DNA of 64,000 nucleotides from Eledone cirrhosa (lineage: Eukaryota), in assembly GCA_964016885.1 (NCBI GenBank), contig OZ024751.1:34968001-35032000 (forward strand), given 5' to 3'. Both the position numbers and the translations under genes were made by a program. This document shows, one piece after another, positions 10,470 to 22,340 of this stretch. The notes under the pieces were generated by a model, which saw only the letters and a list, made by a program, of their open reading frames with translations, did no database searches and was not told the DNA's origin. Numbering within the stretch: position 1 is the first letter of the stretch; each line of letters opens with the position of its first letter.

Positions 10470-12667
10470 ATATTTATTTTAAGAAACCTTAATGACAAAT
10501 AATATAAAGTGTTTGTAAAGTGGGGAAGAGTAGTTTTACGGTGGGGTTGTTATATAGATATCGTGTTTGCAGTGGGGTCGTGACTGGCGTATAATAATGA
10601 GTCACTGTTGATGTATATACAAATCATGTTTTGGATATAAGTGAAGTTATTTAAGAGATTTAGTTGTTTTGTATACATTCATAACGGTACGCGATGGGGC
10701 CCACCCACAGCCCCGGCGGACAGAATGGAGAAGGCGTTTCCCCGGAGCACGGCAAGGGACACGCGCTGGAAAAGCCACTCCAACTCGCGGGGCTCACACC
10801 TGCGGCTGTCCAGCTCAGCGCCTATGGTGGTGAGTAAGGAGGTAGCCCTGGGGCCGAGGACACCAGAAGTCTCCACTTCCAGGGGTACGACCGCAAACCT
10901 GTCGGAGAGTGAACGATATGTGAGGAGTTTGGCCCCCTCAGCCTGACGTGCAGCAGAACCTGGGCCAGTCGCAGACTGCACCAGGTTGCGGCTGCAGAAA
11001 GTGTCGGTGCAAGTGGCATCCCAGACGAGGGGTTTGCCACCGCGGAACGGGAAGATGGTCATGCCATCTAGCCTTTTGCCGTCCCCTCGAGCTGGGAAGG
11101 GAAGCCTGCAGCTTCCAAGCCATGCTTAATGACTTCGTTGAGGGCAGCATGGCATGGATTGCGGCTGGCACTGTGGCGACAGGAAAGCGGGTGGAGGCCG
11201 AAAGAGTCCATGGTGGAACGGCAGCGACATTGGTGTGAGGCCGAGCCTCAGGGAAACGCCGATGCGCAAGCTATTGTTGTCTAGCTGCGTGCGAGTGGAG
11301 AAGGAGGGCAGGGCATGGAGCCAGGCCCCACTGTGGGGTTTGGAGGCTGCACGAAAACAAACAAGGCGGTGCTGGTCGAGCTGGCGCGTGAGCCTGTCTG
11401 AGGCCAGGCTGCACTGGATGGCATCCCAAGTGTGTTGGGGGGGACTTGACGTCAACAGGGGGAGAAGGAGGAGGAACGTCTACTGGGCTAAGTCCCAGCC
11501 GGTCCCACGTCTCACAGGCGGCCACGCGTTCTCTGAACACAGAGGGTTCTGTTGTGTTTTGAAGAACCCTGCTGAGGAGGACGTGGTACGAGGTTACCGA
11601 CGAAAGATATGCCGGCAAAGCTAGTGAGATCGGGGACTGGAGGCGAAGGCCGCCATACCTGACAGGTAAAGTTGCATATCTCATCGGCTGCTGCTCGGAT
11701 ACAAGTTTAGGTGCAGCACAGAGTGTATAGAGGAGCTTCGGCATGGCGTAGCAGTTCCTCAGCAGAAAGAGAACTGGGTGGCCATCAATCAAGCCCAGTC
11801 GGCTCGTGAGAGTCTGGACTTGATGGAGGAGCGGATGGCCGGCGGGTGGATCGGTGAGGGCATCCTCTTTGGGGGTCACCTGAACCTGGCGGAGAATGGA
11901 CCGCACGTCCAAGACGGAGACTGCAAAGCTTGCAGCATCGAGGCTGACATTCACCACCTCCGACTTGGCTGAGTTGACCTGGAGGTCGATTCCCGCCAGG
12001 GCAGGAACCACCGATTGAAGGTCATGGCAGACCGCCTGTACGGGCCCACCCAAAGTAGCATCATCCAGATACCAAACGTTGAGAGCGGGCGATGTGGTCA
12101 ATACCAAGGGTGAACAGGAGGGGTCCCAAAGGGTTGCCCTGTTGGATCCCAGTAGCCGAGGGTATGACCGTATCAGCAGCAAGGCGCATGCTCGGGGCTC
12201 CATATGACAGCTAGGCAGAGGGGGCTCGGCTGAGGCAGGCCTCGAGCAGATGATCCCAGCGTAAAGAGTTGAAGGCATTCCTCATGTTAAACTTGACAAT
12301 GAGGTGGCTGGAGTCCCTGGATGCCGGTTCAGAGTGTTACGGACTTGCAGATCACCTTGGCAGCCAGCCTCCGGAAGACATTGCCCACAGCAATGGGGCG
12401 TATGCCAATCTCTTTCTTCCTGAGAGCGGTGAGGCTGGCCGAAAAAAAGTGGCCTCGAGCATAAGAGTCCAGGGCGCCATGGATGAGCCTATTGGTGAGC
12501 GCCACAATTGCACTCAGAAGGCGGCACCCGGCCTCAGCGGAGAGGGGAGATATCAACTCCTTGAGGAGGCCTGGTCAGAGACCATCAACATCTCCGCAGC
12601 TGCTAGCTGGGAAGGAGCTGATGGCGGACATGATGTCTGCATCAGAAGCCACAAGGAGCAAGTGTGG
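10470..12667 (-). mobile_element. 5'-truncated, decayed CRE-clade non-LTR retrotransposon, copy 1
   Basis: RT motifs RPIAVGNVFRRLAAK, DMRNAFNS, GIQQGNPLGPLLF and WYLDD; zinc knuckle CRC..GLHPLSC; RLE region R(L/P)DG..GKPLVWDAT..AE.AK..PLEVETSG..QRVSLAVLRGNA. Frameshifts and stops present. Putative AATAAA near 10475; the 3' boundary is approximate. Confidence 0.9.
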
Positions 12668-12734
12668 ATTACAATACAAAACCTCTGAGAATGATTTCTA
12701 AGATATTTCACCATAATTAATTTTCATCAATATA

Positions 12735-13030
12735 TGTTAATATTATTATTGTTTATTAGGTCAGGTGGATTGGCCAGAACAATTCTACTCTTCTTTTTTA
12801 GATGTCACGATTTTTCATGGCATTCCTGAGATCATTAATCTCCAGCTGGAGATCCAGAGACATCTGATGTATGTAGGTGAACCTCAGTCATCCCACTTGG
12901 GTCTTACTATGTTTAGGTATCCACCACAGGAGCCAGCTCATCAGGTCATCCTACCCTCAGCAGCAATGTCCAGCATCTATTGACTTCCGCTCCCTAGTTA
13001 TTGTGGTAATCTTCGATATCTGGGAATATA
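12735..13030 (-). mobile_element. 3' end of an RTE-like LINE, one per monomer
   Basis: Minus translation GHCC*G*DDLMSWLLWWIPKHSK..TYIHQMSLDLQLEINDLRNAMKNRDI* matches the RTE C-terminal GH..W.P.H..TY...M.DR pattern; (AAT)n tail. Confidence 0.65.
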
Positions 13031-13112
13031 TTTCTTCTGCTTAAGGGAGTAATAAATATATAGTTTAAAAAAAAACATATATATACACACACATATATAT
13101 ATGTTGTCATTT

Positions 13113-13258
13113 ATAAGAGTTCTCTATCAAAAGCCTTCTCTATGTCCAAAGCTAAGTATAGTGGCTTATTTTTCTCTAAGAACCTCTTTTGTAGTTGTCT
13201 CACTAAGAAGAGGGCATCTGTTGCACTTTTCAGCGGCACAAAACCAAACTGCATCTCA
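13113..13258 (-). mobile_element. RTE reverse transcriptase fragment, one per monomer
   Basis: EMQFGFVPLKSATDALFLVRQLQ..NKPLYLALDIEKAFDR is homologous to the RT in ORF 38771-40027. Confidence 0.9.
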
Positions 13259-13300
13259 TACACATACATACATATACATACATATACACATACATACATA

Positions 13301-13479
13301 CATCATCATCATCATCATCATTTCGTTTTAAGTCCGCTTTTTCCCTGCTTGCAAGGGTGGGACGGGAACTGATTCTGGCTTGATTTCTACAGCTGGATGC
13401 CCTTCCTAACACCAACCTCATTTACAGTGAGTGCTGAGTGCTTTTTTGCCGTGGCACCTCCACGACCACTTTGCAGTGG
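13301..13479 (-). mobile_element. RTE 3' UTR fragment with (GAT)n tail
   Basis: Reverse complement of 14515-14728. Copies also start near 6821, 19271, 25195, 31120, 46862 and 52804. Confidence 0.85.
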
Positions 13480-13504
13480 AATGATATGGACCCCAGTCCC
13501 TATC

Positions 13505-13649
13505 ATCTCATTTCTACAGCTGAGTAAACTGGAGCAATGTGAAATAAAGTGTCTTGCTCAAGGAAACAACACATCACCCGGTCTGAGAATTGAACTCACA
13601 ACCTTTCGATTGCCAGGCCAATGCTCGAACCACTAAGCCATGTGCCTCC
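13505..13649 (-). mobile_element. tRNA-derived SINE with CORE-like body, 3'-truncated
   Basis: Minus strand: TGGCTTAGTGG (A box), GAGTTCAATTC (B box), then TCCTTGAGCAAGACACTTTATTTCACATTGCTCCAGT. Also at 7010-7150 and in later monomers; a plus-strand body fragment lies at ~10025-10070. Confidence 0.8.
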
Positions 13650-14176
13650 ATATACATATACATATACATACACATACATATACATACATATATATATACA
13701 TACATACATATATACACATACATACATACACACACATACATACACATATACATACATATATATACATACATACACATACATACATATATATATATATACA
13801 TAATATAAATATACATACATACACATACATAAGCATATACACATAATTATATATATACATATACACACGTATATATACATATACATACATACATATATAC
13901 ATATACATACATATATACACATACATACATATATACATACATACACACATATACATACATATATACATATACACATACATACATATACATACATATACAC
14001 ATACATACATATATATATATATACATACACACACATATATACATACACACACATATATACAAACACATACATATACACATATATACACATACATACACAT
14101 ACATATACACATATACACTCATATATACATATACATACATACACACACATACATACATATATACATATACATACAT

Positions 14177-14725
14177 AAAGACAAATCCACCTCATGGACG
14201 AGAATGCAAGGGCTCCTCCTCTTTGTTTCGGCCGCGGATGGCTAACCCTAACCCCATCCCCGCTCCCCACCGCTCCCAACCTCCAAACGCAATCCAAAAC
14301 TTCAGAGTTGGTACCATTAATGTAGGCACCTTATAGGGTGGCTCTAACGAGGTTGTAGAAATGCTTGAACGTAAGGAGGTCGATGTTTGTTGTATTCAAG
14401 AGACCAGGTGGAGGGGTGGGTCTGCTAGATTCATCGTGGGTAAAGAACGATGCTATAAGCTTTTCTGTGTGGCAAATGACAATGGGCTGGGTATACACAT
14501 ACCACCCCACCACCCCACCGCAAAGTGGTCGTGGAGGCGCCGCGGCAAAAAAGCACCCAGCCCACACTGTAAAGCTGACGTGGAGGTGCCACGGAAAAAA
14601 AAAAGCACCCAGCACTCACTGCAAACGGGGTTGGCGTCAGGAAGGGCACCCAGCTGTAGAAACCAATCCAGAATCAGCTCCCACCCCACCCTTGCAAGCA
14701 TGGAGAAGCGGACGTATGATGAAGT

Positions 14726-14728
<3 letters not shown>
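14177..14728 (+). mobile_element. Internally deleted (bipartite) RTE element: APE endonuclease N-terminus fused to the 3' UTR
   Basis: ATG 14238 [40 protein letters not shown] joins the RTE 3' UTR at ~14492. Copies near 8365, 20125, 26049, 31978, 41959 (truncated), 47716, 53599 and 63601 (truncated). Confidence 0.85.
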
Positions 14729-14780
<52 letters not shown>

Positions 14781-15520
14781 TATATATATACACATATATA
14801 TATACACACATATATATCAGTGTACATATATATATACATATATATATATATAAATGAATATTTATTCAATTTAAAGCGCCAATTATCTATATATAACAAG
14901 ATATGAATTTTTCTAGGGATGGGGGAAATTTTCAGTTTGTTTTTATATTTTCACTTCATTTTTTACTTTCTATTTAATACAGTCTTTGATCCAATATAAT
15001 CCTGACAGTATTTGAACCAGTTTACCTCATATATATGTATGCACACACAACACTCAAGTTTCGCCATCTACTGCTATTTCATTCATATTTATTGTTTAAT
15101 TAAGTCTGGTCTAATTCATCAACTATTTTTAATTATATTATTACGTAGGTTTCTTATAAAATCTAGTGCATATATACGTGTTTATATACAGGGAGACACT
15201 GTAATAGATGTAAAGAGAGTGGGAGATAGAGTTATAGAAGTAAAGAGAGGGGGAGAAATAAGCGGTAGATAGAGTAATAGATGTAAAGAGAGGGTTAGAA
15301 CGTTCAACTTGACAGTCAGTACAATGTTCAGCATGGTAGCCAGTACATATGCCAACTACCCAACCGGCCAGCCAGCCGCATGTGCGGTTGACTGGCCAGT
15401 TGGGCGGTTGCTATGTGGAACGTTCAACTACGCAGTCAGTACCAAAGTTCAACATTGTAGCCAGTGCATATGCCGATCGCCGCGCCCTCTTTGCTCTATT
15501 TTAATGACCTGGAACTAAGT

Positions 15521-15633
15521 AAAAAGAGTAGGAGATAACTCGACAAGAGCGGAGAGGGTGAGATTCGAACCATGTAAAGTCGTTGGCTCCTGAAGTTCGT
15601 AAGCGGGGCTGCTACTGACTGAGCAGCGCCGGC
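15521..15633 (-). ncRNA. Candidate tRNA-like Pol III small RNA, copy 2
   Basis: As copy 1; 5' end GCCGGCGCTGCTCAGTCAGTAGCAGC. Confidence 0.5.
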
Positions 15634-16416
15634 AGCAAGGCAAATCGCGCATAAAATAACGCTTATATCGACAAAAAAATAAAAAAATTTCAATGTTGCA
15701 CTCTTGTTTGTTGTTCTTTTATTTTACGTAAACATTTCGCTGCTCTAGCCTCTTATTTCCTATTAGATTACACTTAATTCCATTAAACATTCATTCTTAG
15801 TCTCGTGGTAAACTATTTCATCTATATTTATATCGCTGTTACAGCCTTTTATTTCTACATCTATCACCTATAGCCACTGTTACGCCGGTAGTATAAGTAG
15901 CTTTATAACAAGAAACGATGATATAACTCCACAAAATGTCTTCTTGAGCAAGACACTTCACTTCATATTGCTCCAGTACACCGAGTTACACATAGACAGA
16001 TACATACATACATACACAGATAGAAATGAGAGGTAGATAGAGTAAAAGATTTAAAGAGAGTGTGAGAAGTACGAGTTAGATAGTGTAAAAGATTTAAAGA
16101 GAGGGTGAGAGTGTGACACACATTTATCTGTCTATCTCTCTCTATTTTAACACCGGTCGTTATAATTAGTTTTATAACACCGCTATATTACCGACATGAA
16201 AGAGGTAAATAATTATTTCTTAAATGTTTAGAACATGTTTCTCTTGTCTTCTTAAATGTATAGAACATGTTTCTTATTTATATTCTTAACATAGCTAGGA
16301 CCTTATCTCATTTACTGGTCTCTACTTTTAGGACTTTGCTGGTCCCATGTGCCCTCCATAAAGGCACTCTAGTCCCTTCTCTGAGGCCCCGTACTAATTA
16401 CTACACATACGTATAT

Positions 16417-18629
16417 ATATTTATTTTAAGAAACCTTAATGACAAATAATATAAAGTGTTTGTAAAGTGGGGAAGAGTAGTTTTACGGTGGGGTTGTTAT
16501 ATAGATATCGTTTTTGCAGTGGGGTCGTGACTGGCGTATAATAATGAGTCACTGTTGATGTATATACAAATCATGTTTGGATATAAGTGAAGTTATTTAA
16601 GAGATTTAGTTGTTTTGTATACATTCATAACGGTACGCGATGGGACCCGCCCACAACCCCGGCGGACAGAATGGAGAAGGCGTTTCCCCGGAGCACGGCA
16701 AGGGAGACGCGCTGGAAAAGCCACTCCAACTCGCGGGGCTCACACCTGCGGCTGGCCAGCTCAGCGCCTATGGTGGTGAGTAAGGAGGTAGCCCTGGGGC
16801 CGAGGACACCAGAAGTCTCCACTTCCAGGGGTACGACCGCAAACCTGTCGGAGAGTGAACGATATGTGAGGAGTTTGGCCCCCTCAGCCTGACGTGCAGC
16901 AGAACCTGGGCCAGTCGCAGACTGCACCAGGTTGCGGCTGCAGAAAGTGTCAGTGCAAGTGGCATCCCAGACGAGGGGTTTGCCACCGCGGAACGGGAAG
17001 ATGGTCATGCCATCTAGCCTTTTGCCGTCCCCTCGAGCTGGGAAGGGAAGCCTGCAGCGTCCAAGCCATGCTTAATGACTTCGTTGAGGGCAGCATGGCG
17101 TGGATTGCGGCTGGCACTGTGGCGACAGGAAAGCGGGTGGAGGCCGAAAGAGTCCATGGTGGAACGGCAGCGACATTGGTGTGAGGCCGAGCCTCAGGGA
17201 AACGCCGATGCGCAAGCTATTGTTGTCTAGCTGCGTGCGAGTGGAGAAGGAGGGCAGGGCATGGAGCCAGGCCCCACTGTGGGGTTTGGAGGCTGCACGA
17301 AAACAAACAAGGCGGTGCTGGTCGAGCTGGCACGTGAGCCTGTCTGAGGCCAGGCTGCACTGGATGGCATCCCAAGTGTGTTGGGGGGGACTTGACGTCA
17401 ACAGGGGGAGAAGGAGGAGGAACGTCTACTGGGCTAAGTCCCAGCCGGTCCCACGTCTCACAGGCGGCCACGCGTTCTCTGAACACAGAGGGTTCTGTTG
17501 TGTTTTGAAGAACCCTGCTGAAGAGGACGTGGTACGAGGTTACCGACGAAAGATATGCCGGCAAAGCTAGTGAGATCGGGGACTGGAGGCGAAGGCCGCC
17601 ATACCTGACAGGTAAAGTTGCATATCTCATCGGCTGCTGCTCGGATACAAGTTTAGGTGTAGCACAGAGTGTATAGAGGAGCTTCGGCATGGCGTAGCAG
17701 TTCCTCAGCAGAAAGAGAACTGGGTGGCCATCAATCAAGCCCAGTCGGCTCGTGAGAGTCTGGACTTGATGGAGGAGCGGATGGCCGGCGGGTGGATCGG
17801 TGAGGGCATCCTCTTTGGGGGGGTCACCTGAACCTGGCGGAGAATGGACCGCACGTCCAAGACGGAGACTGCAAAGCTTGCAGCATCGAGGCTGACATTC
17901 ACCACCTCCGACTTGACTGAGTTGACCTGGAGGTCGATTCCCGCCAGGGCAGGAACCACCGATTGAAGGTCATGGCAGACCGCCTGTACGGGCCCACCCA
18001 AAGTAGCATCATCCAGATACCAAACGTTGAGAGGGGCCGTTATACTCCAGGCGATGTGGTCAATACCAAGGGTGAACAGGAGGGGTCCCAAAGGGTTGCC
18101 CTGTTGGATCCCAGTAGCCAAGGGTATGACCGTATCAGCAGCATGGCGCATGCTTGGGGCTCCATATGACAGGTAGGCAGAGGGGGCTCGGCTGAGGCAG
18201 GCCTCGAGCAGATGATCCCAGCGTAAAGAGTTGAAGGCATTCCTCATGTCAAACTTGACAATGAGGTGGCTGGAGGCCCTGGATGCCAGTTCCGAGTGTT
18301 ACGGACTTGCAGATTACCTTGGCAGCCAGCCTCCGGAAGACATTGCCCACAGCAATGGGGCGTATGCCATCCTCTTTCTTCCTGAGAGCGGTGAGGCTGG
18401 CCGAAAAAAAGAGGCCTCGAGCATAAGAGTCCAGGGCGCCATGGATGAGCCTATTGGTGAGCGCCACAATTGCACTCAGAAGGCGGCGCCCGGCCTCAGC
18501 GGAGAGGGGAGATATCAACTCCTTGAGGAGGCCTGGTCAGAGACCATCAACATCTCCGCAGCTGCTAGCTGGGAAGGACTTGATGGCGGACATGATGTCT
18601 GCATCAGAAGCCACAAGGAGCAAGTGTGG
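16417..18629 (-). mobile_element. CRE-clade retrotransposon, copy 2
   Basis: ORF pieces 16625-17008, 17735-18247 and 18249-18518 carry the same RLE/RT motifs. Confidence 0.9.
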
Positions 18630-21444
18630 ATTACAATACAAAACCTCTGAGAATGATTTCTAAGATATTTCACCATAATTAATTTTCATCAATATATATT
18701 AATATTATTATTGTTTATTAGGTCAGGTGGATTGGCCAGAACAATTCTACTCTTCTTTTTTAGATGTCACGATTTTTCATGGCATTCCTGAGATCATTAA
18801 TCTCCAGCTGGAGATCCAGAGACATCTGATGTATGTAGGTGAACCTCAGTCATCCCACTTGGGTCTTACTATGTTTAGGTATCCACCACAGGAGCCAGCT
18901 CATCAGGTCATCCTACCCTCAGCAGCAATGTCCAGCATCTATTGATTTCCGCTCCCTAGTTATTGTGGTAATCTTCGATATCTGGGAATATATTTCTTCT
19001 GCTTAAGGGAGTAATAAATATATAGTTTTAAAAAAAACATATATATACACACACATATATATATGTTGTCATTTATAAGAGTTCTCTATCAAAAGCCTTC
19101 TCTATGTCCAAAGCTAAGTATAGTGGCTTATTTTTCTCTAAGAACCTCTTTTGTAGTTGTCTCACTAAGAAGAGGGCATCTGTTGCACTTTTCAGCGGCA
19201 CAAAACCAAACTGCATCTCATACACATACATACATATACATACATACATACATATACACATACATACATACATCATCATCATCATCATCATCATCATTTC
19301 GTTTTAAGTCCGCTTTTTCCCTGCTTGCAAGGGTGGGACGGGAACTGATTCTGGCTTGATTTCTACAGCTGGATGCCCTTCCTAACACCAACCTCATTTA
19401 CAGTGAGTGCTGAGTGCTTTTTTGCCGTGGCACCTCCACGACCACTTTGCAGTGGAATGATATGGACCCCAGTCCCTATCATCTCATTTCTACAGCTGAG
19501 TAAACTGGAGCAATGTGAAATAAAGTGTCTTGCTCAAGGAAACAACACATCACCCGGTCTGAGAATTGAACTCACAACCTTTCGATTGCCAGGCCAATGC
19601 TCGAACCACTAAGCCATGTACCTACATATACATATACATACACATACATATACATACATATATATATACATACATACATATATACACATACATACATACA
19701 CATACATACACATATACATACATATATATACATACATACACATACATAGATATATATATATACATAATATAAATATACATACATACACATACATAAGCAT
19801 ATACACATAAGTATATATACATATACACACGTATATATACATATACATACATACATATATACACATACATATATACATACATACACACATATACATACAT
19901 ATATACATATACACATACATACATATACATACATATACACATACATACATATATATATATACATACACACACATATATACATACACACACATATATACAA
20001 ACACATACATATACACATATATACACATACATACACATACATATACATACATATACACATATACACTCATATATACATATACATACATACACACACATAC
20101 ATACATATATACATATACATACATAAAGACAAATCCACCTCATGGACGAGAATGCAAGGGCTCCTCCTCTTTGTTTCGGCCGCGGATGGCTAACCCTAAC
20201 CCCATCCCCGCTCCCCACCGCTCCCAACCTCCAAACGCAATCCAAAACTTCAGAGTTGGTACCATTAATGTAGGCACCTTATAGGGTGGCTCTAACGAGG
20301 TTGTAGAAATGCTTGAACGTAAGGAGGTCGATGTTTGTTGTATTCAAGAGACCAGGTGGAGGGGTGGGTCTGCTAGATTCATCGTGGGTAAAGAACGATG
20401 CTATAAGCTTTTCTGTGTGGCAAATGACAATGGGCTGGGTATACACATACCACCCCACCACCCCACCGCAAAGTGGTCGTGGAGGCGCCGCGGCAAAAAA
20501 GCACCCAGCCCACACTGTAAAGCTGACGTGGAGGTGCCACGGAAAAAAAAAAAAGCACCCAGCACTCACTGCAAACGGGGTTGGCGTCAGGAAGGGCACC
20601 CAGCTGTAGAAACCAATCCAGAATCAGCTCCCACCCCACCCTTGCAAGCATGGAAAAGCGGACGTATGATGAAGTTGATATATATATATATATATATATA
20701 TTAGTATATATATACACATATATATATACACACATATATATCAGTGTACATATATATATACATATATATATATATAAATGAATATTTATTCAATTTAAAG
20801 CGCCAATTATCTATATATAACAAGATATGAATTTTTCTAGGGATGGGGGAAATTTTCAGTTTGTTTTTATATTTTCACTTCATTTTTTACTTTCTATTTA
20901 ATACAGTCTTTGATCCAATATAATCCTGACAGTATTTGAACCAGTTTACCTCATATATATGTATGCACACACAACACTCAAGTTTCGCCATCTACTGCTA
21001 TTTCATTCATATTTATTGTTTAATTAACTCTGGTCTAATTCATCAACTATTGTTAATTATATTATTACGTAGATTTCTTATAAAATCTAGTGCATATATA
21101 CGTGTATATATACAGGGAGACACTGTAATAGATGTAAAGAGAGTGGGAGATAGAGTTATAGAAGTAAAGAGAGGGGGAGAAATAAGCGGTAGATAGAGTA
21201 ATAGATGTAAAGAGAGGGTTAGAACGTTCAACTTGACAGTCAGTACAATGTTCAGCATGGTAGCCAGTACATATGCCAACTACCCAACCGGCCAGCCAGC
21301 CGCATATGCGGTTGACTGGCCAGTTGGGCGGTTGGTAAGTGGAACGTTCAACTACGCAGTCAGTACCAAAGTTCAACATTGTAGCCAGTGCATATGCCGA
21401 TCGCCGCGCCCTCTTTGCTCTATTTTAATGACCTGGAACTAAGT

Positions 21445-21557
21445 AAAAAGAGTAGGAGATAACTCGACAAGAGCGGAGAGGGTGAGATTCGAACCATGTA
21501 AAGTCGTTGGCTCCTGAAGTTCGTAAGCGGGGCTGCTACTGACTGAGCAGCGCCGGC
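21445..21557 (-). ncRNA. Candidate tRNA-like Pol III small RNA, copy 3
   Basis: Same as copy 2. Confidence 0.5.
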
Positions 21558-22340
21558 AGCAAGGCAAATCGCGCATAAAATAACGCTTATATCGACAAAA
21601 AAATAAAAAAATTTCAATGTTGCACTCTTGTTTGTTGTTCTTTTATTTTACGTAAACATTTCGCTGCTCTAGCCTCTTATTTCCTATTAGATTACACTTA
21701 ATTCCATTAAACATTCATTCTTAGTCTCGTGGTAAACTATTTCATCTATATTTATATCGCTGTTACAGCCTTTTATTTCTACATCTATCACCTATAGCCA
21801 CTGTTACGCCGGTAGTATAAGTAGCTTTATAACAAGAAACGATGATATAACTCCACAAAATGTCTTCTTGAGCAAGACACTTCACTTCATATTGCTCCAG
21901 TACACCGAGTTACACATAGACAGATACATACATACATACACAGATAGAAATGAGAGGTAGATAGAGTAAAAGATTTAAAGAGAGTGTGAGAAGTACGAGT
22001 TAGATAGTGTAAAAGATTTAAAGAGAGGGTGAGAGTGTGACACACATTTATCTGTCTATCTCTCTCTATTTTAACACCGGTCGTTATAATTAGTTTTATA
22101 ACACCGCTATATTACCGACATGAAAGAGGTAAATAATTATTTCTTAAATGTTTAGAACATGTTTCTCTTGTCTTCTTAAATGTATAGAACATGTTTCTTA
22201 TTTATATTCTTAACATAGCTAGGACCTTATCTCATTTACTGGTCTCTACTTTTAGGACTTTGCTGGTCCCATGTGCCCTCCATAAAGGCACTCTAGTCCC
22301 TTCTCTGAGGCCCCGTACTAATTACTACACATACGTATAT

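Noticed and set aside
8930-10470. Spliced-leader RNA, U snRNA or 5S gene as CRE target
   Set aside because: No recognisable U1, U2, U6 or 5S sequence and no convincing SL donor plus Sm-site layout by eye; an Rfam scan is needed to exclude them fully.
10641-12701. Plus-strand ORFs over the GC-rich segment
   Set aside because: Antisense shadows of the minus-strand CRE coding sequence.
12925-12946. Minus-strand CTGATGAG as a hammerhead core in each monomer
   Set aside because: No stem II or GAAA follows; it lies within decayed LINE coding sequence.
14242-14254. Telomere-like CTAACCCTAACCC
   Set aside because: Only two units, and it encodes ANPNP at the RTE ORF start.
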